DNA of 62,226 nt, filler included, from Choristocarpus tenellus KU-1152 (GCA_964200185.2; 11 parts of 11 records of this genome joined end to end with filler, not necessarily neighbours in it), one strand, 5' to 3'; counted from the whole stretch's first letter, positions 13,108-25,668 are shown. Numbers and translations are program-made. The notes: generated by a model not told the origin, from the sequence alone.

Positions 13108-13629
13108 ACTATGGGCTTGATGGGAAGACTTCCCTCAGATATGTATCAACTATAATGAATTATTCATTGCTCTGTCCCTTGTACGATATTATGGTCCTCT
13201 TTTTTATGTGACACTCAAATGGAGACCATTAATATTTCGTTCGGTTTCTGAACTTGGATGTTAAATGTACATGAGACTAGATTCTATTTTGACAACCTAC
13301 TGACCGCGTGTTATCACACCAACCCGCTTTCGACACCATAAGGTATCACATGCACAGTCTAGTTTATTGGATTCCAACAGAACCGTTGGATATTATGCCA
13401 GACACTGTGCAAGTTGATGTGGCCCACTACTCGTGGGTTTGCCAGGGAAATGGGCGTCATGCACCGAAGGAACCAGAGCTGAGGGCACGTTATATTTCAG
13501 GTTTTGGCAACGTCACCAGCCCTAAAGCTTGCCGTGATTTCTTCCAGAAGAAATGGCACTAATTTCAGTGATGAGCAGGAAATATATCGCAATATTTGTG
13601 GGCCTATCGCATATCACACTGCTTGTTTT

Positions 13630-13682
13630 GAGCCAAAGTATCTGGGGAGGGGGGGGTCTGCACTGGGGCGTCCATTTGGGCT
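13630..13682. mobile_element. Family B-type long-spacer end leading into unique sequence
   Basis: GAGCCAAAGTATCT + 26 nt + GTCCATTTGGG. Confidence 0.7.
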
Positions 13683-14699
13683 CTTACCAAGTGTTGAAAA
13701 AATAGTAAGACAGTTTTGGGAAAATTGCATATTCTGCACTACGGGGATTTACTTATCACTTAGATTAAGAGGGGAATGTGCGATGATGTTACAAAAGTAG
13801 CCTTTTTGTAGGTCTATTTCTGGAGTCGAGTGTTTGAGTACTGCTTTGTGGTGGCGTGTGGATTATAGGGGTTATCTCTTGTAGGTTTATCGCCTTGATA
13901 GAGTTGGATTGTGTTCTGAAGTACGGGAGAGTGTGTCATATGCAACGTAAGCAATACTGTTTATCAATTCACCTTGAGGTCTCATCAATATCTGAGGGCG
14001 TGAAGGGAGACTACTTGTGCGTTCTATGTACTAGGGGATGCAAGGGGATGAGTTGTTTGCAGGTATATATTCGCGTTTGTATATTTTAAAGGTACATAAT
14101 TATGTCCTTTATGGAGTGCACAGAATGTCATATCAAGGCCGTAACGTGCGATATCTGGAGAGACAAATACATGCTCGTTGTTGATTGTATTCATCGATAG
14201 GGTACAAGGGAGTGCTGCACATCACAGACCACCTAGAAGAGGACGCGACAAATTCATTCTGTTGCGATGTTTATTTATTTGTGATGTGAGAACAGGTGTT
14301 TTTTTAACACACAGACACAAACTTAAAATTCTGATGTAAAAATATATTCACATAGTGGTACCAGTAGCTTCGCCCTCTGGGGTTGTCTCGTCATAACTTT
14401 TGATTACACGTCGGATTTAAAACATAAAAGCATATTCGTGATGCCCGTGACAATGCCCTCCAGAGTGCGGGCTTCGTCTTTTTTTCACGTTTTTTCTTTT
14501 TTGAAGAAAGTGGGCTCATATTGGGGTTCGAACCCTGGATTGTAGGTCACGAAGAGCGGCAACAAATGTACAAAAATATATATTACTTGATTATAGTATA
14601 CTTGTTGAGGCAGGAAAAACGTCAGTCAAACGAATGATTCAATGGATGAATGCTAAGTATAAATGTAATTATTATCTCCATCTGCCACCAGGAATTCCA

Positions 14700-15710
14700 A
14701 ATGTGCCGGGCGCCTATGAGAATTGTACCTTCTTGTACTCGTTGCCGGCTTCTGGTCCAGTTGCAGCAGTCTTGAAGTAGACAAGATGGTGCGTGTACGC
14801 CTTCTTGGAGTACTTCTGTACGAGCCAAACGGCCTGCCTATCCTCCGCTGGTTTCAACCTCAATGGAACGTTTTTTCAGACTCCGTCCAAAGAATAGATA
14901 CAATGCTGTCTTAGTCAGTGCTTTGCTCGACCCCTCATGAGCTCAATGGGGTTGAGCTCACCGTGATACCCCTCCATACCACTCGACTAGAAGCTGAAGA
15001 CTAGGAACTACCTCGTTGAAGTCCCTCTGCTCTCCAAGCACATGTAACATACTTTTGCTTGGGTTATATTTCTCTCCCTTCCCCCCGTCCTTTGTCATGC
15101 CAGGTTCTAACAGCCCCCTTTCCCACAAAATTTGTCGCATCCCCTTAAGTTTCCCTACACAGTCTTCTTTGGTGAGATGTGGGGCGTTGAACGGCGGGTC
15201 ATCGTCTGGTTGAAAAACCAGGAGTTGAAATTATCTTAGAGGGTACAACTTTTTCCCTATTTGTCCATTTGGTGCTTGGCTTCCCACGTTTTTTGTATGA
15301 CATTTTTCTACCCCAAAATGTTTCGGAGTAGGTAAACTGTGTATGATATGAAAAGTTGTGTCCAAAATAAGGATATTGACACTTCCTAACAAAGAAGATA
15401 GCCAAAAATAAATCAAAATTGCAACATTGGATTTTGGGTCCCCAAAGGGACGCAGCTCTACCCTCAAAGATACTTTGACTCCAGGTGCTGCAACGTCCCC
15501 TCTTTGAGATGTGGAGTGTCCTCCTTCAGTGTGACCGCATTCATCACAGTTATATCTTCCCCGCCCCTTCGGCCTCTGAAATCGACGTTCATCTTTGTCA
15601 CCGATGGCGCACCTTCTTCCTGGCAATTGTGGGAGGAGGACCAGTCGAAAAGCACACCACGGTGTGGTTGGGATAGACAACGTTCATCAACTCAATGATG
15701 TCTGCCATGT
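14700..15710 (-). pseudogene. Degenerate Tc1/IS630-like DDE transposase, interrupted by family A copies
   Basis: YPNHTV..FDWSSSH...TLQHL|VFQPDDDPPFNAP...GKLKGMRQILWERG...VLGEQRDF...ELNPIE. Removing the 15222-15481 insert restores the frame. Confidence 0.8.
15222..15481 (-). mobile_element. Family A copy 2
   Basis: TIRs intact; flanked by CAG...CAG(G). Confidence 0.9.
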
Positions 15711-15968
15711 GAGCCAAATTATCTAAGAGGGTAGGACCACGTCCATTTGGGGGCCCAAAATCCAATGTTGCGATTTTGATATAATTTTGGCTATCTTGTT
15801 TTTTAGGAAGTGTCAGTATCCTTGTTCCAGACATACCTTTTCGTAACGTATACATTTTACCTACTCCGAAACATTTTGGAGTAGGAAAATGCCATAAAAA
15901 CCCATGGGAAGCCAAGCCCCAAATGGACAAACAGGGCGAAACTCGTACCCTCTAAGATATTTTCACAA
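15711..15968 (+). mobile_element. Family A copy 3
   Basis: Full interior and TIRs; right end has a short duplication. Confidence 0.88.
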
Positions 15969-15994
15969 GTTTTCACTCTTCTTCGTGCTGTTGA

Positions 15995-16040
15995 GGCCCA
16001 TAACCTGTTCCTTGTCTCCATACTACTAAGGCTCATAACC
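15995..16040 (-). promoter_or_regulatory. Two copia primer-binding sites (half-tRNAiMet type)
   Basis: Minus strand reads ...ACA-GGTTATGAGCC (16040-16030) and ...ACA-GGTTATGGGCC (16005-15995), complementary to the tRNAiMet anticodon arm as in Drosophila copia. Confidence 0.75.
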
Positions 16041-16331
16041 TGTGCAATTTACCTTGGAAGGTATTGCTATTTGATCAGTAGTGAAGATAAGAAGGTGTAG
16101 AGTCTCGTACGATTCCCCATTGCTGAACGTGATTACATGGTTGAAAAGAAGAGTGTACTTATGCCTCAAATGTAAGTCAACGGTTACGTCAGAGATTTTG
16201 TTTTGCAATACCGAACACCATACGTAATCCTGATGTACTATCTCATTAGTTAAATCACATGGACTCAATCCAATGCAACATTCTCACATAGACAAAATAG
16301 GATACACCTTACTGTTGTCCTATTTTGCACA
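16041..16331 (-). repeat. LTR family C, copy 1
   Basis: TGTGCAA...TTGCACA termini with an adjacent PBS; similar to 16341-16686 and 42134-42449. Confidence 0.8.
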
Positions 16332-16340
16332 GCTGCAAAG

Positions 16341-16686
16341 TGTGCAAATTACCTTGGGAGGTAATGCTATTTGTCAGTAGTGAAGATACAAGAAGGTGTG
16401 AAGCCTCACACGACCCCTTTCGCTGAACGAGAAAAATATGGATGGTTGAAATTAGAATAGTGACCTTTGTGGGGTGTCTTTTTCATTTCTTGTTCTTATT
16501 ATTTGTGCTTCCTACAGAAGTAAACAATTAAATCAACGTAGTTTAATTCAAATCAAAGACTCATACGTATTTCATTCATAAATCAGATGTGTACTTTCTC
16601 ATTAGTTACATCACATGGACTCAATCAAATTAACTATCTCTCATACACAAAATAAGGTACACCTCTCTATTGTCCTATTTTGCACA
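16341..16686 (-). repeat. LTR family C, copy 2 (tandem)
   Basis: TGTGCAA...TTGCACA termini; 9 bp from copy 1. Confidence 0.8.
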
Positions 16687-16708
16687 CGAAGCACCGATGA
16701 ATTTGTTC

Positions 16709-17537
16709 TGTTGAGAGTGAGGTCATTGATCCCTCAGTCAAGAATGATGTTGTAAATTCAGTGTTCTTTCTTGAGATACTCAAAGGAAGAAATCCATGCT
16801 CTGAGGCTTGTTACCTTGGCGGACAAGGGTGGGTTTCTGTGGATGATCCAACTCTGAATGTGTATGGCATCCAGGTGTGCATCAGGTACACTTACTGCAG
16901 AGTGAAGAGTGAAAGTGTCTTAGAGGGTACGAGTTTTTCCCTGTTTGTCCATTTGGGGCTTGGCATCCCATGGGTTCTTTTATGACATTTTCCTACTCCA
17001 AAATGTTTCGGAGTTGGGAAAGTGTATACACTATGAAAATATGTGTCCGAAACATGGATATTGACACTTCCTAGCAAACACGATGGCCAAAATTACATCA
17101 ATATCGCAACATTGGATTTTAGCCCCCAAATGGGCGCGGCTCTTCCCTCTAAGATACTTTGTCTCTGAACTTGGTGTATTATGAGGGGAAAATGACAACA
17201 AAAAAATAAATAGTAATCAACAATTAGCGTGCAATTGGGATCTTCTTCTGTTAAGAAGAAACATAACATAAAAAAACAAGCATCAGAAGAACACACTTGA
17301 ATCAATATCTGATGTAACTCGGGTAACGCATGCTATCCCTGTCTGCGTGATGTATATCGACTGATCTTGTGCTTCTATGTATTCCTTGTTCTAACGGGTA
17401 TTGATGCTGTTGTGATCATGAGTTGGGAATGCAAAAATGACAATAGCGACAAGTGCTGTGGACCACTCAACAGTCATGACGAGCTGGTGGTACTGTATCA
17501 TATCATAGAAAACAAATGAGTAGCCTATGTTCTTACA
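16709..17537. repeat. Family D repeat interrupted by family A copy 4
   Basis: Colinear with 42635-43211 once 16907-17165 is removed. Confidence 0.75.
16907..17165 (-). mobile_element. Family A copy 4
   Basis: 4-bp TSD TGAA; the empty site is visible in the homologous repeats near 42830 and 40890. Confidence 0.92.
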
Positions 17538-18644
17538 GCTACACTATTTATTGCCGGTGGATGGGTGGGGTAGATGGGAGGTTGCTTGTACTTCTATAAA
17601 CGTAACATCCTGGAGGAGGCGCCTTTGTCCCGATAGGGAGCTGATCCAGTGTCCGCAAGTGCCCCAGCATGGAAGACCACATCCATTCGGAAATTCTGGT
17701 CCGCTGTGAATGGGCTACCATCCTCCATAGTGCAAGTGATGCCCATTCCTTTGCAGACTTGACCTACATGCTTCGCCATCGGTGCATGTTGGCGGACCTG
17801 TCCCCCTGCCCTAGGGAAGGTATGAGCATGTCTAATGTCCACATTTTGCATCCTGCACCCAGCCACTGGGCACCTGGTGAATAGGTTTTCCTCGCTCCCT
17901 GGGGATCTGCTGGCAGTGAGTTTGAACTCTATGGGAGCTATCTGGAGTGCTGGTTGGTGGGGTTGTGTTGAAGCCCATGCATTTGCCCCTTGTCCGCACT
18001 GGCTCCAGTGGCGGTCCAGGGCTAGCAAATAACTTTCCCTCCCTTGTTTTGCACCGTCAGGTAGGTCTGCCAATTGCTTCCGGAAAGAGCCAAAACGGAT
18101 TTGTTCAAGGAGTGGGTAATCTCGTGTTACGCCCTCCTTGTGATCCTGGCATCATGGGCAGCTAGAGTGTGGGACCTCTGGGGCAGGTTTAGGGGTTGTT
18201 GTTCCCCCCCACGCTACCCAGCCTTGGTCAAGAATTTCCGCCAAGACTTCTGAAGGGACTCCTGTCGAGAGGAGGGTGCGGAAGGATGATCCCAGGGTCC
18301 TAACTGTAGGGTTAATACAGATTACTTGTGATAAGACTCTCCATGAGGCCCTTGTTGCCTTGCTAAAAGGGTGGGGAGAGTGACCACCAGTGATCCTACG
18401 AAGGCTGCATGCTGGTGATGCTTCATTGAAAATAGGCCCAATTCCCCCCAACTTGTAGGCACCTGTGCCTATACTTGTTGGTATATCTCCAGGCGAAGAG
18501 ACCCACTTGTACCCACCCCTTCAAAGAAGTCAGTGGCTCCCACAGATTCTGCTACCTCCATTATTTCTCCAGCGTCCACAGTGAGGTGTTGTCTGCTTTT
18601 TCATGGTGGAACGTGCCAGGTGGGGGAATTGACCCTTACAAAAT

Positions 18645-18901
18645 GAGTGAAAGTATCTAAGAGGGTACAAGTTTTGCCCTGTTGTCCGTTTGGGTCTTGA
18701 CTTCCCATGTTTTTCTCATTAAATTTTTCCTACTAGGAAATATTTCGGGGTAGGTAAAATGTATACGTTATGGAATGGTGTGTCTGGAACAAGGATATTG
18801 ACACTTCCTAAAAAACACGATAGCCAAAATTACATCAAAATCGCAACATTGGATTGTGGTCCTCAAATGGACGCGGCTCAAACCCTGAGATAATTTCGCT
18901 C
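18645..18901 (-). mobile_element. Family A copy 5
   Basis: 4-bp TSD AAAT. Confidence 0.92.
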
Positions 18902-19492
18902 AAATAGCCTAAGTGCTAAGTGGGAAGAGAGAGAGTAGGAGTTGAGGAGGCAGGCAAATTGTTTGTCCTCCATCTCACTCAGGTGCGTGGCCAACATTCG
19001 AGACCCTCAGCTCTCGATCACCTCAGCCATGTGGGCTTGGATGAATTCATCTGTTCCCACTGGAAACCCTAGTGTAACAATACCATCTGGGTCCAGGGCC
19101 AGGTTGATTTCCGCTGTGGCCAAAAGTTTTAGTTCTGAGGGGGGTGGTCTGGTGGCCCTGGGGAGATGCAGCAAGGTCTTATCAATGTTGATGGAGGTGC
19201 CTACCTCATGTAGATAAGTCTTCAGCGGCTCATAAGCAGTTACTGTGGTGCAGTTGATCTCCCTTGCAGAAATGGGTGTGTCATCGAGATAACTTCGGGA
19301 GGAGACCCCCTGAGTCCCAAGATAGACTAGACCCGCTGTAGGCTTTGGCTGTGCAATATAGGATGGGGCCAAGGGGGTGCCCTTGTTGTGGCCCTGACCT
19401 TGATGGTATTAGCTTTATACCTCCCTCATCCAGGGGGAACAGAAGATCATGGGTGTACCTATACACCTTGGACATGTAGGGTAGGAGTCCTG

Positions 19493-19750
19493 GAGTCAAA
19501 GTATCTTAAAGGGTAGAGCCGCGTCCGTTTGGGGACCACAATCCAACGTTGCGATTTCGATGTAATTTTGGCTATCTTGTTTATTAGGAAGTGTCAATAT
19601 CCTTGTTCCAGATACACCTTTTCATTACGTATACATTTACCTACTCCGAAATATTTTGGAGCATGTAAAATGTCATAAAAAAAACGTGGGAAGCCAAGCT
19701 CCAAATGGACAAACAGGGCCAAACTCGTACCCTCTAAGATACTTTCACTC
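19493..19750 (+). mobile_element. Family A copy 6
   Basis: 4-bp TSD CCTG; removal restores the RT frame ETLPG-LLPY. Confidence 0.93.
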
Positions 19751-21074
19751 CCTGGTAGGGTCTCAGGGAGAGCCTCGATGAAGGCCAAGTGGCATATGCT
19801 GTTGAAGGCGTTTCTTCCATCTAGACTAATGACCCATTCCCCACACTGGGTCCTTAGGCGAATGTCCAGTAGGGCACACTCCACCCCATTTGGGACCCCT
19901 ATGCCAAACTGCCCCATTCCACGAAAATATTCCTCCAGATAGGGGTGTCAGTTTGCACAGTAGGCTGAAACACATAAGCTACTAAAGAAAGAGTAACAGG
20001 CGACTGGATTGCACTTCTCTCCAATTACGGACAATGTGGAGGTTGTGTGGAGCTTCCAAAAGTGTAGACTCTCCCCCCCCTCACAGATGCTTTGGGTCTC
20101 ATGTCGTCCCTTCCGATCGATTTTGTACGCTTGGCGGTGAACGATGTCCTGTGTCCTGATGGTATCAGGCTGTAGCAATTTCGCGAAGGTCTTGTGGTGT
20201 GCTGTTCTGTCGCTGTCCACCCAATCCTAAGGAGTACAGTGTTGTCGTGTGTGGCGGAAGGTTCTAAGTTAGATGCACATATTCCTGACTGGTGTTAAGC
20301 ATGAGGACATCAATGTTGCGGAATGATCGCGAGAGAAAACAGTGTTGAATTATGACTCCAGGGGTAAAGAGTCCAGGGAGATGTGTAGGCTAGCTGTCAG
20401 AGCTTTGCAATTGCCTCTGCCACTTCATGGGGCCAACATCTGTCGTAATGGCCGATCAGATGTGGTCGGAGTGCATCCCATTGAGGTCAGGAGCAGAAGT
20501 GCTGTTGGCTCTCACGAAGGCCGTAGGCAGGTAGGTGGAGGTGTACTCCCCCTCAGGGGGGCAGTACTGTTGTTTCCCAGACCCTGTATCCCTTTGTACC
20601 CTTATCCTCTTTGCTTCCACCATGACTTGTGTAGGCTGATATGGATTCTCGTTCTGGTATTTGGGGACCAATACCCTGAAAGTCTCTTCTGTCTCCGGGG
20701 CTCTGAGCTGTGATGGGAGAACACTTGCCCCCTTGGACCTCCATGGTGGTGACCAAGTACTGCACAGTCGTTCCTGGTGGGATTTATAGTCATCTCTTCG
20801 GGGTTCCCGATGTCTGCTGGTCTTCTGGGATTGTTCTAATAGTCTCATGCTACCAACTCCTGGATGTTCCCCACACAGGCAAACCTTTCCTCCAACGAGA
20901 ATTTTCTATCCTTGGCCAATAAAGGGCCCAATCCAGGTGGAGGAGCTTCTAGCCTTGGGGCGATTACTTCATGCATCAGCAGATCCACTGTGTACATGAG
21001 GGTGATTGCATGGGTGATGTAAAGCTTGCCAGGGACCTTCTTAACCGTGGTGATGTACTTACCCCCTCCAGGAT

Positions 21075-21343
21075 TGTGCAATATAGGTAGGCAGTCTATA
21101 GGGATTTATATATTTAGTGAACAGTAAAAAACACAGAAGTATCGACTGAGTAGAGTAACGGTCAAGGATTTTGTTTGGTTTGCTTCGAGTTGTAGGTTCG
21201 AGTCCAATGTATTGATTGCTTATTTTGTCCAATATAAGTAGTGGCTGACGTTGTGCGACTGACACAGACACATTTTGACGTGTCTGATGACGTGCGCAAT
21301 AGATAATAATATAAGTAAGAGCACCCCACCACCAAGGGCTGTG
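21075..21343 (+). repeat. Copia LTR (same family as the LTR starting at 4029), cut by the gap
   Basis: TGTGCAATATAGG..GTCTATAG..TTTAGTGA shared with 4029-4100. Confidence 0.7.
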
Positions 21344-21454
21344 NNNNNNNNNNNNNNNNNNNNNNNNNNNNNNNNNNNNNNNNNNNNTTAATTAATTAAN
21401 NNNNNNNNNNNNNNNNNNNNNNNNNNNNNNNNNNNNNNNNNNNCTGTAACAGTA

Positions 21455-21730
21455 GGTGACCAACCAGTGCGACCCATTCGCCGCTGGTTTCCTATTTACT
21501 CCCCCATGAGGTGACCAACCAGTGCGACCCATTCGCCCCTGGTTTCCAGCTACTCCCCACCTCTGATGACCAGCCAGTGCGAATGCCCTTCGTCACTGAT
21601 TGCCAGCCATCCCTCACATTGATGACCAACCAGTGCGACCCCTTCGTCACTGATTTCCAGTCAACCCCCCCTTATCTGGTGACCAACCAGTGCAACCCCT
21701 TCGCCCCTGATTTCCAGTCAACCCCCTACC
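21455..21730. repeat. Five tandem 55-57 bp hairpin-containing units
   Basis: Units start at 21455, 21510, 21565, 21621 and 21678: GRTGACCAACCAGTGCGACCCMTTCGYCNCTGRTTTCC plus a variable C-rich tail. Confidence 0.9.
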
Positions 21731-21930
21731 TTTCAACCCCACACAAGTTACCACTCCCCTCAACCCCACAGCAGTTCCCACTCCACTCACCCCACACCAC
21801 TCAACACCTCACCACAATCATCCAAGAACACCCCTTCATGATCCACTTCAAACCGTGCCTTTGAGCTAGAAGACATCTACCGCGCTGGAACTTGAACTCC
21901 CCTCCCCTTCAAGGTTGATTTCTTTCTAGC

Positions 21931-24900
21931 TCATCCCCTTACCTCCTGCCCTGGTTGGACCCAATCCTTCCTACTCTCTGCCAAGTCCTTTGACACCAAC
22001 ACTGGATCCCTCTGGTTAGCAATTACATATACCAAAAAAGCCCTTGACTTCCACATTCCCTCCCTTTGTATTACCTTTTCTGATACCCTCATGTTCGCCA
22101 ATCTCGTGGCTCCCCCTATTCTACCCGAATGCAAGGCATATTCTTCTGGTCTTAACTTGAGCTCCGTTACCATTCTCCTCAGGACAAATGTCGCTTGGTC
22201 CCTCGTGATCACCCTCCATTCCCCTTCTTGCCTACATGTCATCAATGGGGTGTCCGGGGGGAGTTCTGGGAAACATTCCAAAATAGCCATTACCACTTCC
22301 CAACCTCCCATACTTTCTTCCCCCCCTTTGTTCTCTACCTTGAGCCTTGTCAAACACTGGTCCCTTCCTATCCTGGTCCCCTTTAGACCCTGTAAATGTT
22401 ACCTCTACTTTCTCTGCCTTGTGTGTATCCTCCCAACTTAGTCTTTCTACTCCCCTCCTCCAGACTATGTCCCTCCTTCTTGCTGCAAAATCTCCATGTA
22501 CTCCCCCCCCTTCATCATAGGCCCACAATTCTGGAGCTCTGGCTAAAAAGAAGAACGAGAAACCCAAGCCTAGCCTTGTCAATTTACCTTCCCTACCAAG
22601 CATTTCAGTGCATTGCTTTGTCTCTACAATCATTCTCCTTGTTAAGGGTTTCCTCCTCCTGGGCTTGCTCCCTACTTTTGTGTGGCTCCTCCCTGTTCCT
22701 TTGAGTACCGATTGGATCATGAAATGTTGTATGGGGAGTTGGAAGTTGAGGAATTGTTTGTGGTAGTATTGGATTGCTGCTATCTTACCCTTGACTGTGT
22801 TTACTTGGTTCCCCCTACTCCCGCAACAAAAACACATGAACTCTGCTAGGGCCTTCACTACATCTATCTCTTGACTATAGTCTAACCACACTTAATCCTC
22901 TATATGTACGGAACTCAGACCATTGGTCCCAAGCTGCCTCATAACACTTCTGAGTAGATGGCGCAACCAATCCTCTGGCGTACGATGCTGCAAGGCACTC
23001 AAACACACCATCTTCCCTTCCCGACCCAGGGGCTGTTCCTGCCAATCAATACATGAGCAAACATGTTGGAGGTTAGATTGAATCTCGTCCCTCTTCCACC
23101 TCGATATACCATCTGTGTTCCGCTGCAAATGACCATTTTCCTGCTATTTCCAACATCCCCATTATTCTCATCAATCCCCCCGCCCTCCTATCCTTTGCCC
23201 CCCCACACTTACGGAACCAATAATACACTGCAGAGTTGTTGTTCCCTCTAAGCAACACTGGATCTCCCTTCTTGTCTGCCTTCCCCTTCACCTTCATGAC
23301 CAGTATCCATGCATTCATTACCATTCCTAGTAACCCTAAGACACTGATTGATATACTCCCTTCTCCTTTAATCACACTACGCGTAATATCATTCTTCAAA
23401 TGTTCTGGAAAATCATACCTCCACCACTTACCCGTCTCTACATTGTACCCTCCTACAGCTGAAAAACACGTATCTGAATACCATGTCGTCCTTGGGGCCT
23501 TGACACGAAAACCCAAGAAGGGGGAACTCAAGTTTTCTCCCTCCTCTGCCAGACCATGCTCTACTACCCACCTTTACCAATACAAGTCCTCCTTAAACTA
23601 TATTCCTATCCTAATCTCCTTATCTCCTTCTTTTGAACCTTCCCTCTGTTCGCCCTGCTCCCCCCCACTCGCTGTCCTTCTCAACCAACCCCTCTTTGCG
23701 GGCAACCCCGACAGTTGTACCAGCCACCAAAGAAAAAATCTCCCTGGGCGTATGACGTACGACATGTGGAATAGTCTGCCCAATAGCACCTATACTTCCC
23801 TCACCCTGGCTACCGACTTCGACTCTGGTCACTCTGCAGACAACGACTTCAGCCCCTTCAGCTTTCCATCTGGTAAGGTGATGGTCATCTTTTCTGTGCA
23901 TATCCTCCATCCTACCACTACCTGTGTAGTATACCAGCCTGTCAATATTTTTGCTGACAAAATGGGGGGCTCATCTATGTCTCTCTGGCCAAGCAAACGT
24001 ACGTGGTCGGAGACTAAGGAATTTGTTGCCAACTTCAGTCTCCACCCATCTTCGAACCATTGGGGCTCTACCAAGATGCTATCATCTACATACATTCTTG
24101 CAAAAAAAGGTTCCTCTACCCCCCCTCCCTCTACCTCCTGCACATTCCATGTCTCATCTATGACACCAACCTCCTTCCTGCCCTTCTGCTGCGAGTGATC
24201 TACACCTACAGCAATCCTTTCTGCTTCTCTGAGAACTATTGCCGACTTGGGATCTGTACGACAGTTTGAAAATTCTAGTGCACTTGCCAATAAATCCCAC
24301 CACCCAGGGCTATTCCTCCAACAAAATTGGAGTCTAACGTCAATCACCAACAAATCTCCCACACAATATCCAAACTTTGCTGCCCCTTGTGGTTCTACTG
24401 GTACCTGGCAAAGAGCATCTTTAACGTTCCTCTTACTAATCATGATTCTCGCCTTAGGGAACTTCTTCCTTAATCCTACAATCCTCCTAATCACGTCTTC
24501 CAGAACTGTCCCACAATGTATCGGGGGGGCATCTGCCAACTCTGTTTCCTCATTCACACTCGGACCCCAACTCTCTTGCTGACATTACAGATCATGAATG
24601 ATTCTTACCTTCATAGGTTCTTGGATTACTCCAACTGGGGACACCTGCAATCCTGGAATCTTCCCCCATTTCCTTTTTGGAAAAACACCAATGCTCTACC
24701 CTGGGTCACGTCACTCACTACCTTTTCTAGGAGGGCCTTACTTCTGCTTCTTGCACTCTTGTGGTTTCCATGCTCTAGTCTCTCCTCAACTCTGCCTATT
24801 CCTCCTATGCATACTGGTACTCCCCTTTCTACCACCTGTTGGAGTGTATCTATCTGTGGGAATCCAATCTTTTTTCCAAGATGGTCATCAGTCTTCCCCC

Positions 24901-25527
24901 AGTTCGACCGTTTGGGGCTCCACCTTTCCCCCAACCTATCCATTAGTGTTCCTAAATTCCCCCACACCCTCCAAGTAATGCTTCCCCCTTCTTAGCCAGG
25001 TCATTCAGTCCCTTTACTAACATTACCCAATCATTTTCTCCTTTCCACTTCTCCCATGCCCTCAACCAATCTTCACATTCATCACTCTTTCCCCCTTCCC
25101 CTCCCCCTCTGCCTTTCATTGTCCGGCGTATCGACCCTGGTGTTGGAATCCCTGACGTCCCCTGCATATGTCGTGGTAGTACTGACGTCCATTGGTCTTG
25201 CCCTGCCGGCCCACCCCCGGGAGGGGTGAGCCCGCGTCTTCAGGGGTCTTTCTTTTTATACTTGGCGTTAGTCTGGTGTTCTTTTCCTTTTCTTCTTCTC
25301 CTTATAGAAAGTGGTCGAATTTGCAGTATCCATTCTTTTTCAGGAAATCGCATTCCTGCCCCGCCTTCCAGGCAAAGAACGGGATGCACATCCTTCCCCC
25401 TCCATTCGAGACTCCTGCCCTGTTTCTCTCGTCTGGTTTGGGGGACTTTGACGCTCTTGACTCCCCCCATGTCCCCTCCTTCTTCATTGACCACGAGTGG
25501 GACTCAGTGCTGTACAAGGCGGGTAGC
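21931..25527 (-). mobile_element. Degenerate DIRS/Ngaro-type tyrosine-recombinase retrotransposon
   Basis: CCCH finger (CIPFF...C...CKFDH, ~25310-25390); RT RLQFCWRNSPGWW...MYVDDS (23829-24557); RNase H YSDTC...LRGNN (23073-23531); tyrosine recombinase FFLARAPE...HSGRIGGAT...EGMWKS...Y (21931-22891). No methyltransferase seen. Confidence 0.9.
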
Positions 25528-25668
25528 AGCTCAAAGTATCTGGGGGGCAGGGGGCAGCTGTCCATTTGGAGTCGATTTTTTCATGTTACGATTTTTGGGG
25601 GATTTGGTTGCATACATCGGATTTTACTGGATATGACCCAAATGGACGCCCTGGTGCAGACCCCCCCC
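25528..25668 (+). mobile_element. Family B element (internally shortened)
   Basis: AGCTCAAAGTATCTGGGGGG...GTCCATTTGG...CCAAATGGAC...CCCCCCCC. Confidence 0.8.

Larger units (their letters stand above)
17570..21074 (-). mobile_element. Degenerate non-LTR retrotransposon with RT and restriction-like endonuclease (CRE-like clade)
   Basis: SAPDLNGMHSDH; QFGIGVPNGVE; SLDGRNAFNS; GPQQGHPLGP; SYLDD; GIVTLGFPVG; C-terminal CPVAGC...HAH...RH and RMDV motifs. Two family A insertions. Confidence 0.85.

Noticed and set aside
21455-21730. CRISPR array or hammerhead ribozyme array
   Set aside because: Eukaryotic context with no cas genes; the variable parts are short, related and C-rich. CTGATGA occurs once but has no matching GAAA core.
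23236-24198. 320-aa plus-strand ORF
   Set aside because: Antisense shadow of the DIRS RT/RNase H region; S/P/F-rich with no domain.
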